Shown: piece after piece, positions 49,593 through 63,960 of the stretch | Position numbering within the stretch: the first letter of the stretch is position 1 | How the letters are laid out: each line of letters begins with the position of its first letter | Program-made: the position numbers and the translations under genes | The notes under the pieces: generated by a model | Told to the model about the DNA's origin: nothing | What the model saw: the letters and a program-made list of their open reading frames with translations, nothing else | Databases searched by the model: none | Assembly (NCBI RefSeq): GCF_036321535.1 | Contig: NC_087437.1 | Location: 12,650,001-12,714,000, forward strand | Direction of reading: 5' to 3' | Source of the DNA: Camelus dromedarius | Taxonomy: Eukaryota | Length of the DNA: 64,000 nucleotides

Positions 49593-52500
49593 CTGTAAAT
49601 AAATGAGCAGAGTTTAGAGCTTAAAATAGTTTAAAGATGTATCAAGTAATTCCCATCAAAAGTAAAGTAATCCAGAATAAGTGATTATAAGCAAAATGCC
49701 AGCCTTTACCAATTGGAAGATACTCACTCATCACCAATAAAGTACTTTGCTGAGGACACACATTTCTATCCCTGAGTCGTAACTCAGATTAGGATCACTA
49801 AGATCTGCAAGCAATACTGCAAAATTTCTCAGGAAAAGAAACTCTTCTCAATAGAAAAAGCAGTGAGGCATTTATAAGAAGTTGGCTATTGATCCCATTT
49901 TCTTTTCATACATATTAGCCATGACGCTCCTGCTTCATTCTGCCAGTCAAGCACCTGTAAACCACAAGCTCTGCAGGGTGGGTGGCCATGGCCATTTTCA
50001 TTTCCTATCTGACTGCTGAGCAGTACAGACAGAAAAGGAAAAACAGCCTGAAATGTATTCCATTCTCCGCCTAAATGTTAGAAGATTGTTTCTATTGTGG
50101 CAATCATTGTTCTAAACTAACTTTTAATGGTTTATGTAAGTATTACATATTTTAGGTCTTTTAATGACAAAACCATCCATTTTAGCCCTCCATGGAATGG
50201 AGTTGATGTTCCTGTAGCTGATACAGACAGTGGTCCTGATGGAAAATTTTGCCTACCCTATTGTTTTACATAGCATATACCATTCATGATGCCTTTACCC
50301 ACTAAAGAGCCAAATATGCAAAGAAACACAGTTTCATAGCCAACACTGAGAACTGGCTCAAAATGCTACCATTTGCCAATCTGATTCACAATTATTCTTG
50401 GACACAGTGTTTCACTCACACATACACGGGCTTAATCTCTCTAGATATACTAGGAGCAGTTATTACAAGTAAAAAGAACGTCATAAAGGCCAAAATGAAA
50501 ATGAAAGATCCAGAAGAAAATTAATTAATTAAATCAAAAAAGTTTTTTAAAAGAAACTAAAAAATATCTTTTAACACATCATTGTCTTTCCCCAAATCAG
50601 CAAACCAACTATTCTTTCCCTCACTCTACAACAGGTTCAACTCTCCAAATTGGAAAGGCTCATATTTTGGTATCATTTTTATTCCTATCTCCTGATCATT
50701 CTCTAGAGTCATTTAGTCACGAAGACATTAGTTTCTCCTATTAGATTCATTTCATCAGTATCTGACCTCCCTTCATTCCAAATGCCAGTATATGAGCCTA
50801 GATTAGTATCACCTTAAATACTGATCACTGCAACAGAGATAGCCAAAGAGCTAGTCACTCCTCTCAAATATATTCTGCATTACAATGGACTTAACCACAT
50901 CTTTCATAACACTATTTCTTGCTCCAGTACATAGCAGTTGCTCCATGTTTTCTATAAAATGAAGTTTAACAGTCTTCTACTGCAAGTTCAAGGCCTGTTA
51001 TCCACATCCCTACTTGTAGTCAAATTTAACTGCCACTATTCTGCAACATGCATCCTATTCTTCTTCAGGTCAGTTTTATTACTTGTCCATGTTCATTCCC
51101 AACTCCTCCATTTCTTCGTTTACTGGCCTTTCCCTTGCTTATAATATGTTTTTCCTCTCTTTGTCTACCCAAATTCAAAGATCAATGTATGACTTCAGTT
51201 CTCTCATAAGCCTTTTACCAATGTTTCCCAACCCTCCTTATACTAAGACTTGCAAAAAAAAAAAAAAAACTAAATTATTTACTAGTGACCTCAGGATATA
51301 ATTAGCTTATCTCACTTGTGGATAAATATTCTCTACAGAATACATAGCTAAATATTTATGTTAACAGTTTCAAATTAGCTGTTGTACTTCGCCTTGTGTA
51401 TCCTATCACCAGAGGTAAAAACAGTGAGTCTTAGAAACAAGGACTGTGTATTAGACTACTTTTTTAGACTTCCAAATAGCTAGCTTAGGCTTAAAATCTA
51501 TAATTTATTAAGTACTTATTTTTTTTTTACAGGAAACATCATGGAGCTTAAAACTAATAGGGAAGAACTCTGAAGGAAATAAAGAAAAATAATGAATGGA
51601 AAATTACAGATCTTAAACATCTCAGAAAGACACAAAAATCAATATATTCATGAAAAAACTCTTAAAAAATTTTTATCCTATTTAACACATGTGGTACTAT
51701 AATCAAAATAAGGTATTTTGTAAATTCATTATCATCACAGTACCAAAAAAGAAAAAGTCTTAATATCGCCTACATTCTATACGCCTTTATCAGTATGAAA
51801 CTGAAACTTTCTATTCAAGGTCACCTCTATTACAAAATTTCAATCTTTCACTTCCTAGATCTGGTACTTATTTCTGTAATCTCTAAACAATGATTCAGAA
51901 TTCTTTTGAAACCTTTTTTTTTTTTTGGCTCTAACAATAATTTTCAGAGAAATATTCAGAAAAAGAATGATGTGTTGAATAAACTACAAATAAAGTTTCA
52001 AAATAATTAAAGCTAAAAAGAAACCTGGAAAACAATCTAAATATCCAACATTCATCAACTGGAAAGAGGTTAAATAAATTATGACATGTGACATAATAAA
52101 ATACCTAGGTACAGTTAAAAAGAACTAAGTAGATCTACACAAGTTAATAAGGAAGACTGTCCACAGTATGTCAAATAAAAATAGCAAGACACAAAATAGT
52201 ATATAGAAGCCCATTTTTTTAATGTATACCTATATGTATATATATTTCAGTATTAGTGTATATTATTTTTTTTAAGCTACAGCTTTAGAAGTTTCAACCC
52301 AAGAATACTTAAACTAGAGGAATAGTTAGAACTCTGGTTGATGTGCTTTCAACATTTGTTTGTTTTTAATCAAATAGATGCCGGCAAATAAGTTGTTTCA
52401 ATACTAACCGTTGTGGGTGTTAAGCTCCCCTGTAAGAAGTTGCTTCAAATTCTCTAACTTTCTAGAACTGATGTCCAAATTCTGCATAGCATTGCTTGCT

Positions 52501-54737
52501 AGACTATTCCTTGCTAGTCTTTTACAACCATGGCTGCTTACTTAAATTTTATCTCCACATCATAGTGTACTATTGAAAGAGAAAGAGTAAGAGCTAAGCT
52601 ATGCTGTATATACTCCACACTTAACCCACTATCAAAATTTAACCTCTCTTTCAGACAAAAAGTTCACATACACACATGCACAAAGAAAATTAAATCTCCA
52701 GTACAAAAATGTTAAAAAGAACGAAACTCAAAGAATATAAAAAATGGACAGCAGAGAAAAATGGGTTAACAGCCTAGTAGTACTTTTCCCCATCCGAATT
52801 CTGTCTTAAAATGACCTCTTAAGTTAGAAATCTAACTTAAGCAAAAATTACATCTCTGAAATCAAACTATCTTAATAAAAATAGCATTAATTCTGTATAT
52901 ATGTAATAAAGGAAAAATATAAAGAATGACTTTATGGGAGAAAATTCACAAAGGACAAAATGTTGATAAAATTCAGAAATAAAATATAAATAAATAATGA
53001 AATATAAGGATCAGCAACATCTCCCAAAATTTTTATCTACTGCCAACTTTAAATATATATATCTGTGTGTGTATAAAATATATATTTCAGTTAAAAGGAG
53101 AAATACTCAATAGTCTCTCATCAATAATTTGTAAACAAAAAAGGTAAAACAGGAAAGGAGAGGTGAAAAATATACTATCTTCACCCTTTCTTCCTTGTAG
53201 TAGTCATCTGAATTTTTGTTTTGTTTTGAAATAAAAGAACTTTCTAGCAGAAGCAGTGAAAATGATGTAGAGATAAATAAGAAAAAAGCACTGATATCTG
53301 ATTGCCATTAAGAACCAAATAAATTTAATTATGTCACTCTTACGTTCACACTAAAATGTGTGTTGAATGAAAAGGGAATTGAAAGACAGCAATAAAGGCA
53401 CTAGCTACATACAATTACTTTGTCCAGAACCTGTAATAAACTTAAAGGTAAAACATGCCACCAGGAGCCGTTCTTGATTACTTTGCTATGATGGAATTCT
53501 ATGTAAGCTGTTTTTTAAGTCCATATTGAGAGATCAATGTGGCCAAAACAAATAAGAACCAAATTAACTGTAACCATGTTCATCAATAATGTATTTAAGA
53601 AAAGGCCCTCTTCCTTAGTTTTCAATCAAAATGTTTCAGCTCTGATTTTTAAAAAGCTTAAAGATATCAAACATTCAACATCTATTACTCCTTACTACCT
53701 CTCCTAAAACATAGTATCATTTTAAATTGACCATTTCCTAAACATGGAAAAAAAGAAATCTTAACAGTTAAAATTTCCTTAAAACTATCTTAAATGTCTG
53801 CATAAGTTATAACTTACAAGTATCCTGTGCATCTTACGATATAAATTCTCAAAAATGTACTCATTATAAAAATGATGAAAGTGAAAAATAAATAAGAAAA
53901 AAAAGGAAGAAAAAGAAAAACCAAGAACTTCAACAGTATAGTTATGTGGTAATATTTTCATATAAAATGCAGTCAACTTCATGGTGTAACCAAATATAAA
54001 TCATGTTTTTATTATGCCATTAATCTTAACCAAGCCCTCTGAAATTAGATTATTATTAATATAACTGAATTATTAAATTTTCATGTTAAAGAAAAAATTT
54101 TAGATCACGCTAAATTTCGAGCGAATATCTTACGAAGGATAAGTAATACCTTACAAAAGGCATACCGGTGAAACAGGGTAAATGTTAACACCTGTATTTC
54201 TAACTTAAAACTTTATTATTTTCAGTCCCCCTCAGTCCTCCAAAAAATCATCATAGTGATTAGCTGAACACCTGGTATACATTCTATAAAATCAGCAGTT
54301 CTCAATTTACAAATGGTGTTATAAATTATGGAAAAGTCCAAATACTGGTCAAGAAGAAATTAATTTAACCCACAACGTAACTGGAATAGTACTAGCAACA
54401 GCCCTTAGCCTTGAGTACCAAAGCAAAAGTAAGAAAGAAAAGATCGAGTGGCTATTCTAGCAGCTGAAACAACACCCAAAGCATCAAAGAGGGAGGAAAA
54501 TGGTCTCTAAGTGCTCCCATAAGGAAGTATGTTGGAGAAAAAGTTCATGAATGACAGAGGAAACTATACAAGTATATAGCATTCTGGTTAAAAGTGGCAA
54601 AAATAACAAGGTCTCAAGCAACAGGAAACCAAAGGGTACTAACTGCAGGCATTATTCATTTCAGGAATATTCGTAAGTTGGGAACTATCTGAACAAGACA
54701 ACTTAGCACAAAAAAATTAAACTTGAAATATACTTAC

Positions 54738-54801
54738 GGATCAATAGAAACTTTAATACAGGTCATGTTCTTATCCCTTTGCTTATTGTCAGCTGCATTA
54801 A
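54738..54801 (-). CDS. TOP2B: TOP2B exon 4 (VNAADNKQRDKNMTCIKVSIDP)
   Basis: AG/GT flanks, 64 nt. Confidence 0.95.
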
Positions 54802-56102
54802 CTACAAAATTAAATATTTTGATGAGTAATAAAATATATAAAAAGCTACAATAAACATATATGGACACAGCTGCATGTGCATCACTCCTTAATGTAAACG
54901 TCTACATACAGTAATAGTCAAAATAACCACTGCTAACTTCTAATGCAAAACCTTATTTTCCAAACAGTATTTTTAAATTTTATGTCACACCAAATTACTG
55001 TTATGTCTTCTACCACAAAACAAGGTGGGGGGGTGATTTTGTGATATATAAAAACAAATTAAAAAAAAAAAAACCAAACATCTTTAGTTTACAATCCCCT
55101 ATCCAGGTCTAAAAGTAAAAAATTGGGTTTAATTACATTTTATTTTGGTAATAACTATTTTCTCTTGATCTCTTTCAATAAACTAGTGATTTTATAGACA
55201 GACTGAGCTGCAACCAGTTATTTTTGAATTAGAAAGGCAGTCTTTAGCACCCTTGGAAGTCAAAATTTTAACTCCTATGAACTATAACTGATGATAATAT
55301 ATTTGCATATATTAACTCCTGCTTTAGTAAAACCTGAATGCAAGCTAGCTGTCAAATTGATCTTCAAGCACAGAAGGAATATATTCCTGATAAACACTGT
55401 GTAACCTAAAATTAAAACTGGTAGGTAGCTGGGAGGCAAGAGTGAAAAGTATAAAACATAAGTAAGAAGTTTTACTCGTCTATCATTTCCCAAAGACTGA
55501 AGTTAGCTCTGAAGATCCATACAACCCTGCCATCTAGGAAACCTCAAGTGGTTCTGATGAGGTCTCTACAGAGAATTCTTGGCTAAAAACATTTCCAAGG
55601 TGCAAGCATTCCCTAGGAGTCAATTAGGCATCCACACTTCACTGTGATTTAATTAATAATATGACTTGGAAAGGCCAGAGATATTTAGAATAATGGTTGT
55701 TAAACCTGGTTGCCCAACAGAAACACCAGATTTGTTGGTGAAAAACACAAGTTTTATATGTCTCACCTCAAACTAACTGATCTCTATTTTAACACGCCCT
55801 CCCAGATGCCTGGGATGCAAGCAACCCCCAGATGACTGCACATACAGGACCACAGACTAACCTTGGGATTATTGATCAAATACAACACATTTTATAGACA
55901 AACAAACTGAGACACAAAGATATGATGCACAGAGATACAAAACTGTTACCGCAGGTGATATAAATTTTCTGAATGGAACATTCATATTCAGCATAAAAGC
56001 CAGAGACATCCTTTTAAATTAACAAATCTGGCTTTATATGTATATGGACATTACAATGATACCACTAAAAACAGATGCATTAAATCTTAAGCAAGTACTC
56101 AC

Positions 56103-56193
56103 CTAAAATTTCATCAAAGATCTTGTATAAACCTGGCACAAAGGTAACTTCTCTGCAGTTCATTCCTACATCTTCATCATACACCCACATTAG
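56103..56193 (-). CDS. TOP2B: TOP2B exon 3 (LMWVYDEDVGMNCREVTFVPGLYKIFDEIL)
   Basis: AG/GT flanks, 91 nt. Confidence 0.96.
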
Positions 56194-56571
56194 CTGCATC
56201 GAAAGAAAAATTCAAAAGAACTGATGAAGTAAAACAGTGTTTACCATCAACTTCACAAGGCATAAATCTACCTTTGTCATTTGCTCTGTAATTACTTAGA
56301 CCTTCAAAGTAGAAGAACATTCTACTTCAGTTACAGTCAACCTCACTGTATTCATATTCAATTTAAATAGCCTCAAAATTGAGAACTTGTTCATTTTGTA
56401 TCTAATCTGTATTCTTACTCATACACAAATAAAGTCAGTTTTAATATAAGGCACCAAAAATTGTGAGAAATGCTATTTAAACCAAATAGAAAAAAAAAAC
56501 CCCATATATTTACATGTTTACTTCATACATTATACTTCTCTATACTATAAGTAGCACAGAGCAAAATAATA

Positions 56572-56770
56572 TGAACACACCATGCCTCTGGAGTCAAAGA
56601 CACCTAGCTTTGAATCTCAGCTCTCACTAGTTGAGAGACCTGAGCAAGTTACTGAAATTTATTTAAACTTCAGTGCTTTCATTTATAAAATGGAGATACC
56701 AGTACCTAGTTTCCAAATTGGTAAAATCAAATAAGATAATGTGTGCTAGCCAAGTCCACAGTAAGCATTA
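56572..56770 (+). mobile_element. MIR SINE
   Basis: ctctggagtcaaagacacctagctttgaatctcagctct...gacctgagcaagttact...tataaaatggagata. Confidence 0.75.
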
Positions 56771-57096
56771 AACAAAATCATTAATGTGTATATATAAATT
56801 CTAGAATTTAAAGTAAACCACAGCATGAACTTAAGAACTTTTAAAAAGTTCATATAGCACCATTTTACTGTATACTTCTTCTCTATACTCTATGTGTTTC
56901 TGATAGTTTTTTTCTCCTAATTTTTTAAATCTCTAGCAGGAAATGAAAACATTTCTACCTCTTAGATTTCTCTTCCCCTATTTTGCTTATTATCAGAGAC
57001 ATGAAATTATGTACTCACAAAGCACATAATTACAAAAATTTTTAAAAAGCAGATATAGAGAGACATCCCCTAATTTCAATAAAATATAATAATTAC

Positions 57097-57267
57097 CTGT
57101 GTCAGTGGCTCCACAGATCCAATGTATGTATCAGGTCGAAGGAGAATGTGTTCAAGTTGTGTCTTTTTCTGATACACTCTCTCGACAGACAACTTCTTCG
57201 AAGGATCATTTTTGTTTGCAATTTCTGACTCTTCTCTTTTTGCAGCATTGTTCTGATCAAAAAGAGT
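57097..57267 (-). CDS. TOP2B: TOP2B exon 2, long form (TLFDQ-NNAAKKEESEIANKNDPSKKLSVERVYQKKTQLEHILLRPDTYIGSVEPLTQ); short form starts at 57252
   Basis: Two in-frame acceptors (57268-57269 and 57253-57254); GT at 57095-57096. Confidence 0.95.
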
Positions 57268-60200
57268 CTAAAATTAACCAAAAAATCAAATTTAAATAAC
57301 CTACCAAGGGGTAAACTAAAATGTATATGGACACATGACATAGATTTTATCTTTAACAACAAAATTATCTTTCAGGCTCATTGATTTTTAAGTCCTAAAG
57401 AGAACACAGATCTGTCTACTAACAGTCTAGTTCTTTTTATAATATAGTGTGAAACTGCAGTTTTGACTGAATCCAAAAAGTAGGTATATAGTCACCAGAA
57501 TAGCGAGAACGGCCTACAACTACTCAATCTAGAAATAGAAATACTTCCCAATTCTGTAACATATCAGGTTAATTTTTTACAGTCCTCAAAACTGTCCAAG
57601 GAATGTGAGGTCTGATTAGGTTATAGGTTTACAATGACTGAACCTGGCTGGCTCAAGGGGTCCCAAAAGCTTCCAGATGTAAGGTCCCTGCCATTAAGCT
57701 ACTGAAGACTATAGTAAAGAGTGGGCAAAAATAACCTACACAAAATAGTCACCTATGTGGCTAGTATATACTGATATGACCGAGAATACAAAGCATGGTT
57801 TTATGAAATCTCAAGTTTCACACATCTGTAGGTCATGTCAATAATTCCTTACATATCAGCACCTGGTGCCCCTTTCTGAGGCACCCTATGATTCCAGTTT
57901 CTCTGCCAGTTCCAAGGAGGCAAAACTGGGCGATTCTAATTCTAATTCCTACAGTAGACAAGGATCCCAAATGCAAATTCCCAACGTCTAGAGATTTCCC
58001 TTTTTCCTAATAGCAGCAGAGAACACATCTCTCTCCTTCTGGAATTCCCTAATGCTGAGAAGTAAGACATCTCACTAAAAGAAAGTTATTATGATGGCCT
58101 GTTTTCAGAGTCAAAAAATTACTCAAATATAAGACACAATGAGATATCTCCATAGGTCCCTGAGTTGTAGTAGAAATGAAACAATGAGAAGATAATAAGA
58201 GACAGAAAGGTTTTGTGTATTTGAATAAGCAATATACCACTTCAATTAAAGACCTAAACATAGCCATACCACCACCTTCAAAGTTATTGTTTTTAAAGAT
58301 ATGTCAAATTTATGTTCAAAAATCAAAACATAATCTCTGAGTAGTCTAAACCAGGACAAGAATTTTACCTTTTGTCTATGGAAATTCAAACATCAATTAT
58401 AATCTTCCAATGATATAAATTTTACATAAAATTAAAGAGATTTTCTTATACATTCTTTCATTTATAAGGTTATCCATTAACACTGCTCAGAGCCAATTAA
58501 AAGTAGCTTTGGACACAAGAAAATAATTGTTTCATAAAATCTTCATATTCTATTTCTGTCAAGAGTTAGACGATGAAGTAGCTGGCCAAAAAGAGAAACT
58601 ATGTTTTTTAAATGCCAGACAGTCTCCAAATTCCTAATCATGTTCCTTGCTTTTCATGATGAGATAACTGATTAGTTTATAGAAACAAATATACCAATAA
58701 AAACATAACTGTTTTTTTTTAAATGCATCCTCAGAATAGTTAGAACAAAGATCATAATGGCTAAGACCACAATCTTTAAGAAAGTGCTTAAGAGATGATA
58801 AATGCATGCATTCAAAGGTAGGTAACATTAACTTCTTACCATTAACTTAGAACCGTTTGCAATTTTGGCATAAAGGTCAGGAACTTGTAACAACCATGCA
58901 GGTAAAGGCCTTCCTATCCCAGGCTACTCCTCCAAAACAAATCTCACCACAAAGAAAATATTTTTCAGATTCGACTCAAATAGAGGCTCATGTCTACCTA
59001 ATTTAGGCTTCTACTTTTGGCCCTGATTAACACTGAGCTAAAATAGCACACCGGTATGGAAAACAGGGGTAAAGCCCTTCCTCAATACTTTTTTCAAGAA
59101 TTAAAAACTTTCTTCATATCCCCTTACAACCAGTCTCCAAATGGGTATATGAGAATATGAGTGTAAGGAATGTTTGGCCTGCCCCTACCATGTCTAAAGT
59201 TCAAAAGTTGTTATTCTTGCTAGGATAATGTCTCAAAAATCAGAGAATATGTAAAATGTCTTCAGCTTTGTCAGATTACTATTTGTAATTTTCTCTAGGA
59301 ATAATATATTAGAAAATAAGTGTGACAGTATACTTAAAACATTTGATGCCAAAATATTTTTTCCTAAATGTCGTATGACAAGTGTTGAGGAAAGAAAAAA
59401 CAGTAGTATCATTCTATTTCAAGTCAAGCAAAGCATTAAGGAATATGCATTATTTATAGAATATCATAATAAAATAGATGATCTATAGATACTTCAAATT
59501 AACTCTCAATTATATTAAATAATTCCTAAAACTTCACATAAACCTTTAAACCTGGATATTTCATTGAGTAAATATTTTCAATTACATGTATCAAAAATAC
59601 CTGTGTTAATTATAAACTTCTATTTCTAAACTTTTATATAAAATTATATATAATCAAGCATTTTAAAATTAGTAGCTTATTAAAACTATACTCTTTAGTG
59701 AACAAAAGTTACAAAAAGAATATAAAAAATGAGCCCATTTTCACCAGAAAAAAATTATACACAACATATACATGCCTAGGAAAAAATATGAAATATATCC
59801 AACAGAATATCAAAAAGGTTATTTATAAGAAGTAGAAACCTGGGTCATTTTCATTTTCTTTTCTAATAGACATTTTCTACAATGAATATATACTAAAGTA
59901 TTTTATAAGCTTACTAACCTACATACGTGAAAACATAATTAAGCTAAAATAAAAAGTGTCTTCTTTCTAGGGGCACTGTTTGTATCTACTTTTTATTTCT
60001 GCAGTCCTAACTTTCTCACTAAAATCTAGGCAAAAAGGTAAGTGAAACCAAACCAAACAAGCCGGGCAGTCTTGGCAGCGCACAAAGCAGAAATCAACAC
60101 TATGGCCAGGTTTGTCTCTTACCTTTCTACTCTCAACTAGCAGCAGCCTGCACTGCTCACTGACTCACGGGCAGCAAACACAGGAGGCTCTCTCCCAAGA

Positions 60201-60501
60201 GGTCTGTCAGCTTTTCTGACAGAAGCCTGGATTTAATGGTCTCTTGCAGCTCCTGTTTATTAGCGGTAAGTTGCCCACTGAATACTGTCCAGACCACTAA
60301 AGATCAAAATCTGAGAGTAAGGGGAGATGGGGCAACTTCCTCCCCCTCCCCATGCAATGGGATGACCCCACCCCAGAACAGGTGTGAATACAAAAACCCT
60401 TGGCCTGAAAACAGAGAAGTTAAATGAGAAAAATTCATTGATTACCTTCTCTGCAGATATAAATATCACTATCTCTAGCTCTTTCAAAGAAAAAAAAAGT
60501 C

Positions 60502-60588
60502 TGCTGTACACCAGAAATTGACAACACTGTAAACTGACTATACTTCAATTTAAACAAAAATTTGAAAATATCAGAAAAAAATATTTTT
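60502..60588 (+). mobile_element. Extremely 5'-truncated young L1 tail with TSD aaaaagtc
   Basis: tgctgtacaccagaaattgacaacactgtaaactgactatacttcaat matches 63874-63923; TSD 60494-60501 / 60589-60596. Confidence 0.8.
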
Positions 60589-62074
60589 AAAAAGTCACTG
60601 AGTAGAAATTCAGTTAAAACATTGTTGCTGATAATATTTCAATAGAAATCAAGAAATTAGCCTCAACAAAAACAGCCCAGCAAACTCATATCTAGATGTT
60701 TATAAAAATCACTCAATTCCAGATGATAAAGGAGAGTGATATATAATTGATATCTACAGGCTAAGAAAATTATGCTCATTTTAAATGTTGAAAACAAGAG
60801 GTTTTTTTATTTAAAAATGATTTAACTTCTTATCTTATACATTCATAGCAATAAAATGCCTTGTACTGTAATAATTGCACTATTACATGTTGAATAAAAA
60901 TTAATAGTATGCCCTTAAAAATAATCAATTACCAAGAACATTCTGAATAAATTTTCATTAAGGTTTGATAAAATGGAAAATTTATGAGTTAAGTTTATTT
61001 GTAATTTATTTTACTGTCTTTGCTTGTACGGACAAATCACCAAATTATTTATAGTAATAAATAACTCCAGCACCCAGTTACAATGGAATCTAAGCATTCA
61101 GGGCAACATTTTTGTTCCCACAGAAAACATGAAAATGCAAAATAAACCCATATTTAAAAATATCCTCCACATACATAAAAGTTGTTTTAATTGTATTATT
61201 TGTGATTTACACATATAACAGTGCCATAATTGATTTTTTCTAAAGTTCAAAAGCTGGCTGCGATATTAAACAATGCATTATTGAGAATTTTTAAATTGTA
61301 TCAAAAATATAAAAACACATAAAATCTATTTTAAAATACTAGTCTATTTTATAGCACCTTTGCAATAATGCTAACTCCTAATGCAAGCTTAATACTTATT
61401 GAAGACTCAATCTTTATCAAGAATACTTCAACAACCAGAAGAAAAAGAAACATGTTAACTCCTAATTTCAGAAATAAGATGTACCAAGATCATTCTGTAA
61501 AAAGAAAGATTCTTCCATTCTTCCATTCAATTGACACACATTGTGCTGTACACCAGAAATTGAGATACAGCAATTTGGGGCAATCACCCACAGTTTCTAT
61601 TTTCCTGTGGAAGAATGAAACTGCTTCTGAAGAGGGGAAAGGAGATGGTTTGCCAGTTGGTGCAAAAAAGGAACTGAGCTACTCAGTCACACAACAGGCA
61701 CAGAAATCTCACCATCACCAAGCTGGCAAGGGTGGAAGTAGCAAAAGCTCAGCAAGAAGCCCCTTTTCTTATCTTCTATAAATGATTCCCTCAGACTTCA
61801 TATTATCCTTTATACTATCTCCTCTTCTTTTCTCCCTCAAGGCTGCCATGCTTTGATATTCATTTTAGCCATATTTCACCTATATGACTATGGAGAGGGC
61901 CATGTTATCTACTTATCATCAATGAAAACAAAAACCAACAATGTGTCACCCACCAATTCACCTCCAGAAATGCCCTTCCAAATCAAGGCACAAGGAGAGA
62001 GTTAGAAGATGAGGGATACTTAATATCATAAGAAATACTTAAATGTTCACCACAAAAAGAAAATATAGATTTTC

Positions 62075-63223
62075 TCTAAAAGACATCCAAATCAGAAAGA
62101 AAAAAATTAAAATGTCACTAATTGCAGAGGAAATGATATTATATAGAGAAAATCCTAAAGATTCCACCAAAAAACTATTAGAACTAATTAAAATTTTAAT
62201 GAAGTTGCAGGATACAAAATCAACATACAAAAATTTGTTATGTTTCTGTAAACTAACAACAAACTATCAGGAAAAAAACATTAAGGAAACAATCCCACTT
62301 GCAATTGCAACAACAACAAAAATTAAATTATCTAGGAATAAATTTAACCGAAAAGGTAACAGAACTGTACACTGAAAACTATAAGACACTGACTTAAGAA
62401 ATTGAAAACAAAAATAAATGGAAAGTTACCCATGTGCATGGATTAGAAGAATTAATATTGTTAATATGTCCATACACTCCAAAGCAATCTGCAGATTCAG
62501 TGCAATAATGATCAAAATTCAACATTTTCCACAGAAATAGAACAATCTTAAAATTTATATGAAACTACAAAAGACTTCAAATTGCCAAAGCATTCCAGAG
62601 AAAGAAGAACAGAGCTGGAGACATCATACTCCTAAATTTCCAACTATATTACAAAGCTATCATTATCAAAATGGTAAGGCATTGACTTTTTTTTTTTTTA
62701 AAGATGCACAGATCAAAGGAACAGAAAAGAGAGCCCAGAAATAAATCCATGTATATATGGTCAATTAGTTTACAACAAAGAATCCGAGAATATAGAAGGG
62801 GGAAAGGACACCTCCTTAATAAATGGTGTTGAGAAAACTGGACACCCATATGCAAAAGGACGGAATTGGACCCTTATCCTACACTACACACAAAAATTAA
62901 TTCAAAATGGATTAAAGACTTGAACATGAGACTTGAAACCATAAAACTCCTAGAAGAAAACATAGGCAGTACACTTCCTGACATCAGTCTCGGTGATGAA
63001 CTTTTTTTTTCTTGACATCAAAAGCAAAAATAAACAAGTGGGACTACATCTAATCAAAAAGCTTCTGCACAGCAAAGGGAAACCATCAACAAAATTAAAA
63101 GGTAATCTACAAGTGGGGGAAAATATTTGTAAATCATGTATCTGATAATGGATTAATACTCGAAACATATAAAGAACTCACACAATTCAATAGCAAAAAA
63201 AAAAAAGTTAAAAAATGGGCTGA
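62075..63223 (+). mobile_element. Older L1 ORF2 (RT/C-terminal region), frameshifted; resumes after 63961
   Basis: Translates to LIAEEMILYRENPKDSTKKLLELI and similar; numerous stops and frameshifts. Confidence 0.9.
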
Positions 63224-63960
63224 GAGTTTGTTGCAAACATTGTGGAAAACAGTATGGAGATTCCTCAAAGGACTGAAAACAGACTTACCATATGACCCAG
63301 CAATGCCACTCCTGGGCATATATCCAGAGGGAACCGTAATTCAAAAAGACACCTGCACCCCAATGTTCATAGCAGCACTATTTACAATAGCCAAGACATG
63401 GAAACAACTTAAATGTCCATTGACAGATGACTGGGTAAAGAAGTTGTGGTATACTTATATAATGGAATACTACTTAGCCATTAAAAATGATAAAATAATG
63501 CCATTTGCAGCAACATCCAGGCCCTGGAGAATGTCATTCTAAGTGAAGTAAGCCAGAAAAAGAAAGAAAAATACCATATGATATCACTCATATGTGGAAT
63601 CTAAATATATAAATAAAGACAAATGAACCTATATATAAAACAGAAACAGACTCACAGACATAGAATACAGACTTGTGGTTGCCAGAGAGGAGAAGGGTGG
63701 GAAGGGATAAACTGGGAGTTCAAGATTTGCAGATACTGACTGGTATACATAAAATAGATAAAAAAGTTTATACTGTATAGCACAGGGAAATATATTCAAT
63801 ATCTTGTAGTAGCTTATGGTGAAAAAGAATATGAAAATGAATATATGTATATTCATGTATGACTGAAGCATTGTGCTGTACACCAGAAACTGACACAACA
63901 TTGTAAACTGACTATACCTCAATAAAAATAAAAATACCATTCCACAACAAAATTCAAGAA
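63224..63960 (+). mobile_element. Younger L1 3' segment (end of ORF2 plus 3' UTR) nested in older L1
   Basis: ORF 63228..63542 ([10 protein letters not shown]...[18 protein letters not shown]); AATAAA at 63921; TSD aaaaaatgggctga / aaaaaattggctga. Confidence 0.88.

Noticed and set aside
60040..60420. GC-richer intron 1 patch with AP-1 TGACTCA at 60161
   Set aside because: A single 7-mer is insufficient evidence for an enhancer
62043..63542. Possible functional reverse transcriptase gene
   Set aside because: Fragmented L1 ORF2 with stops and frameshifts, from two separate insertions
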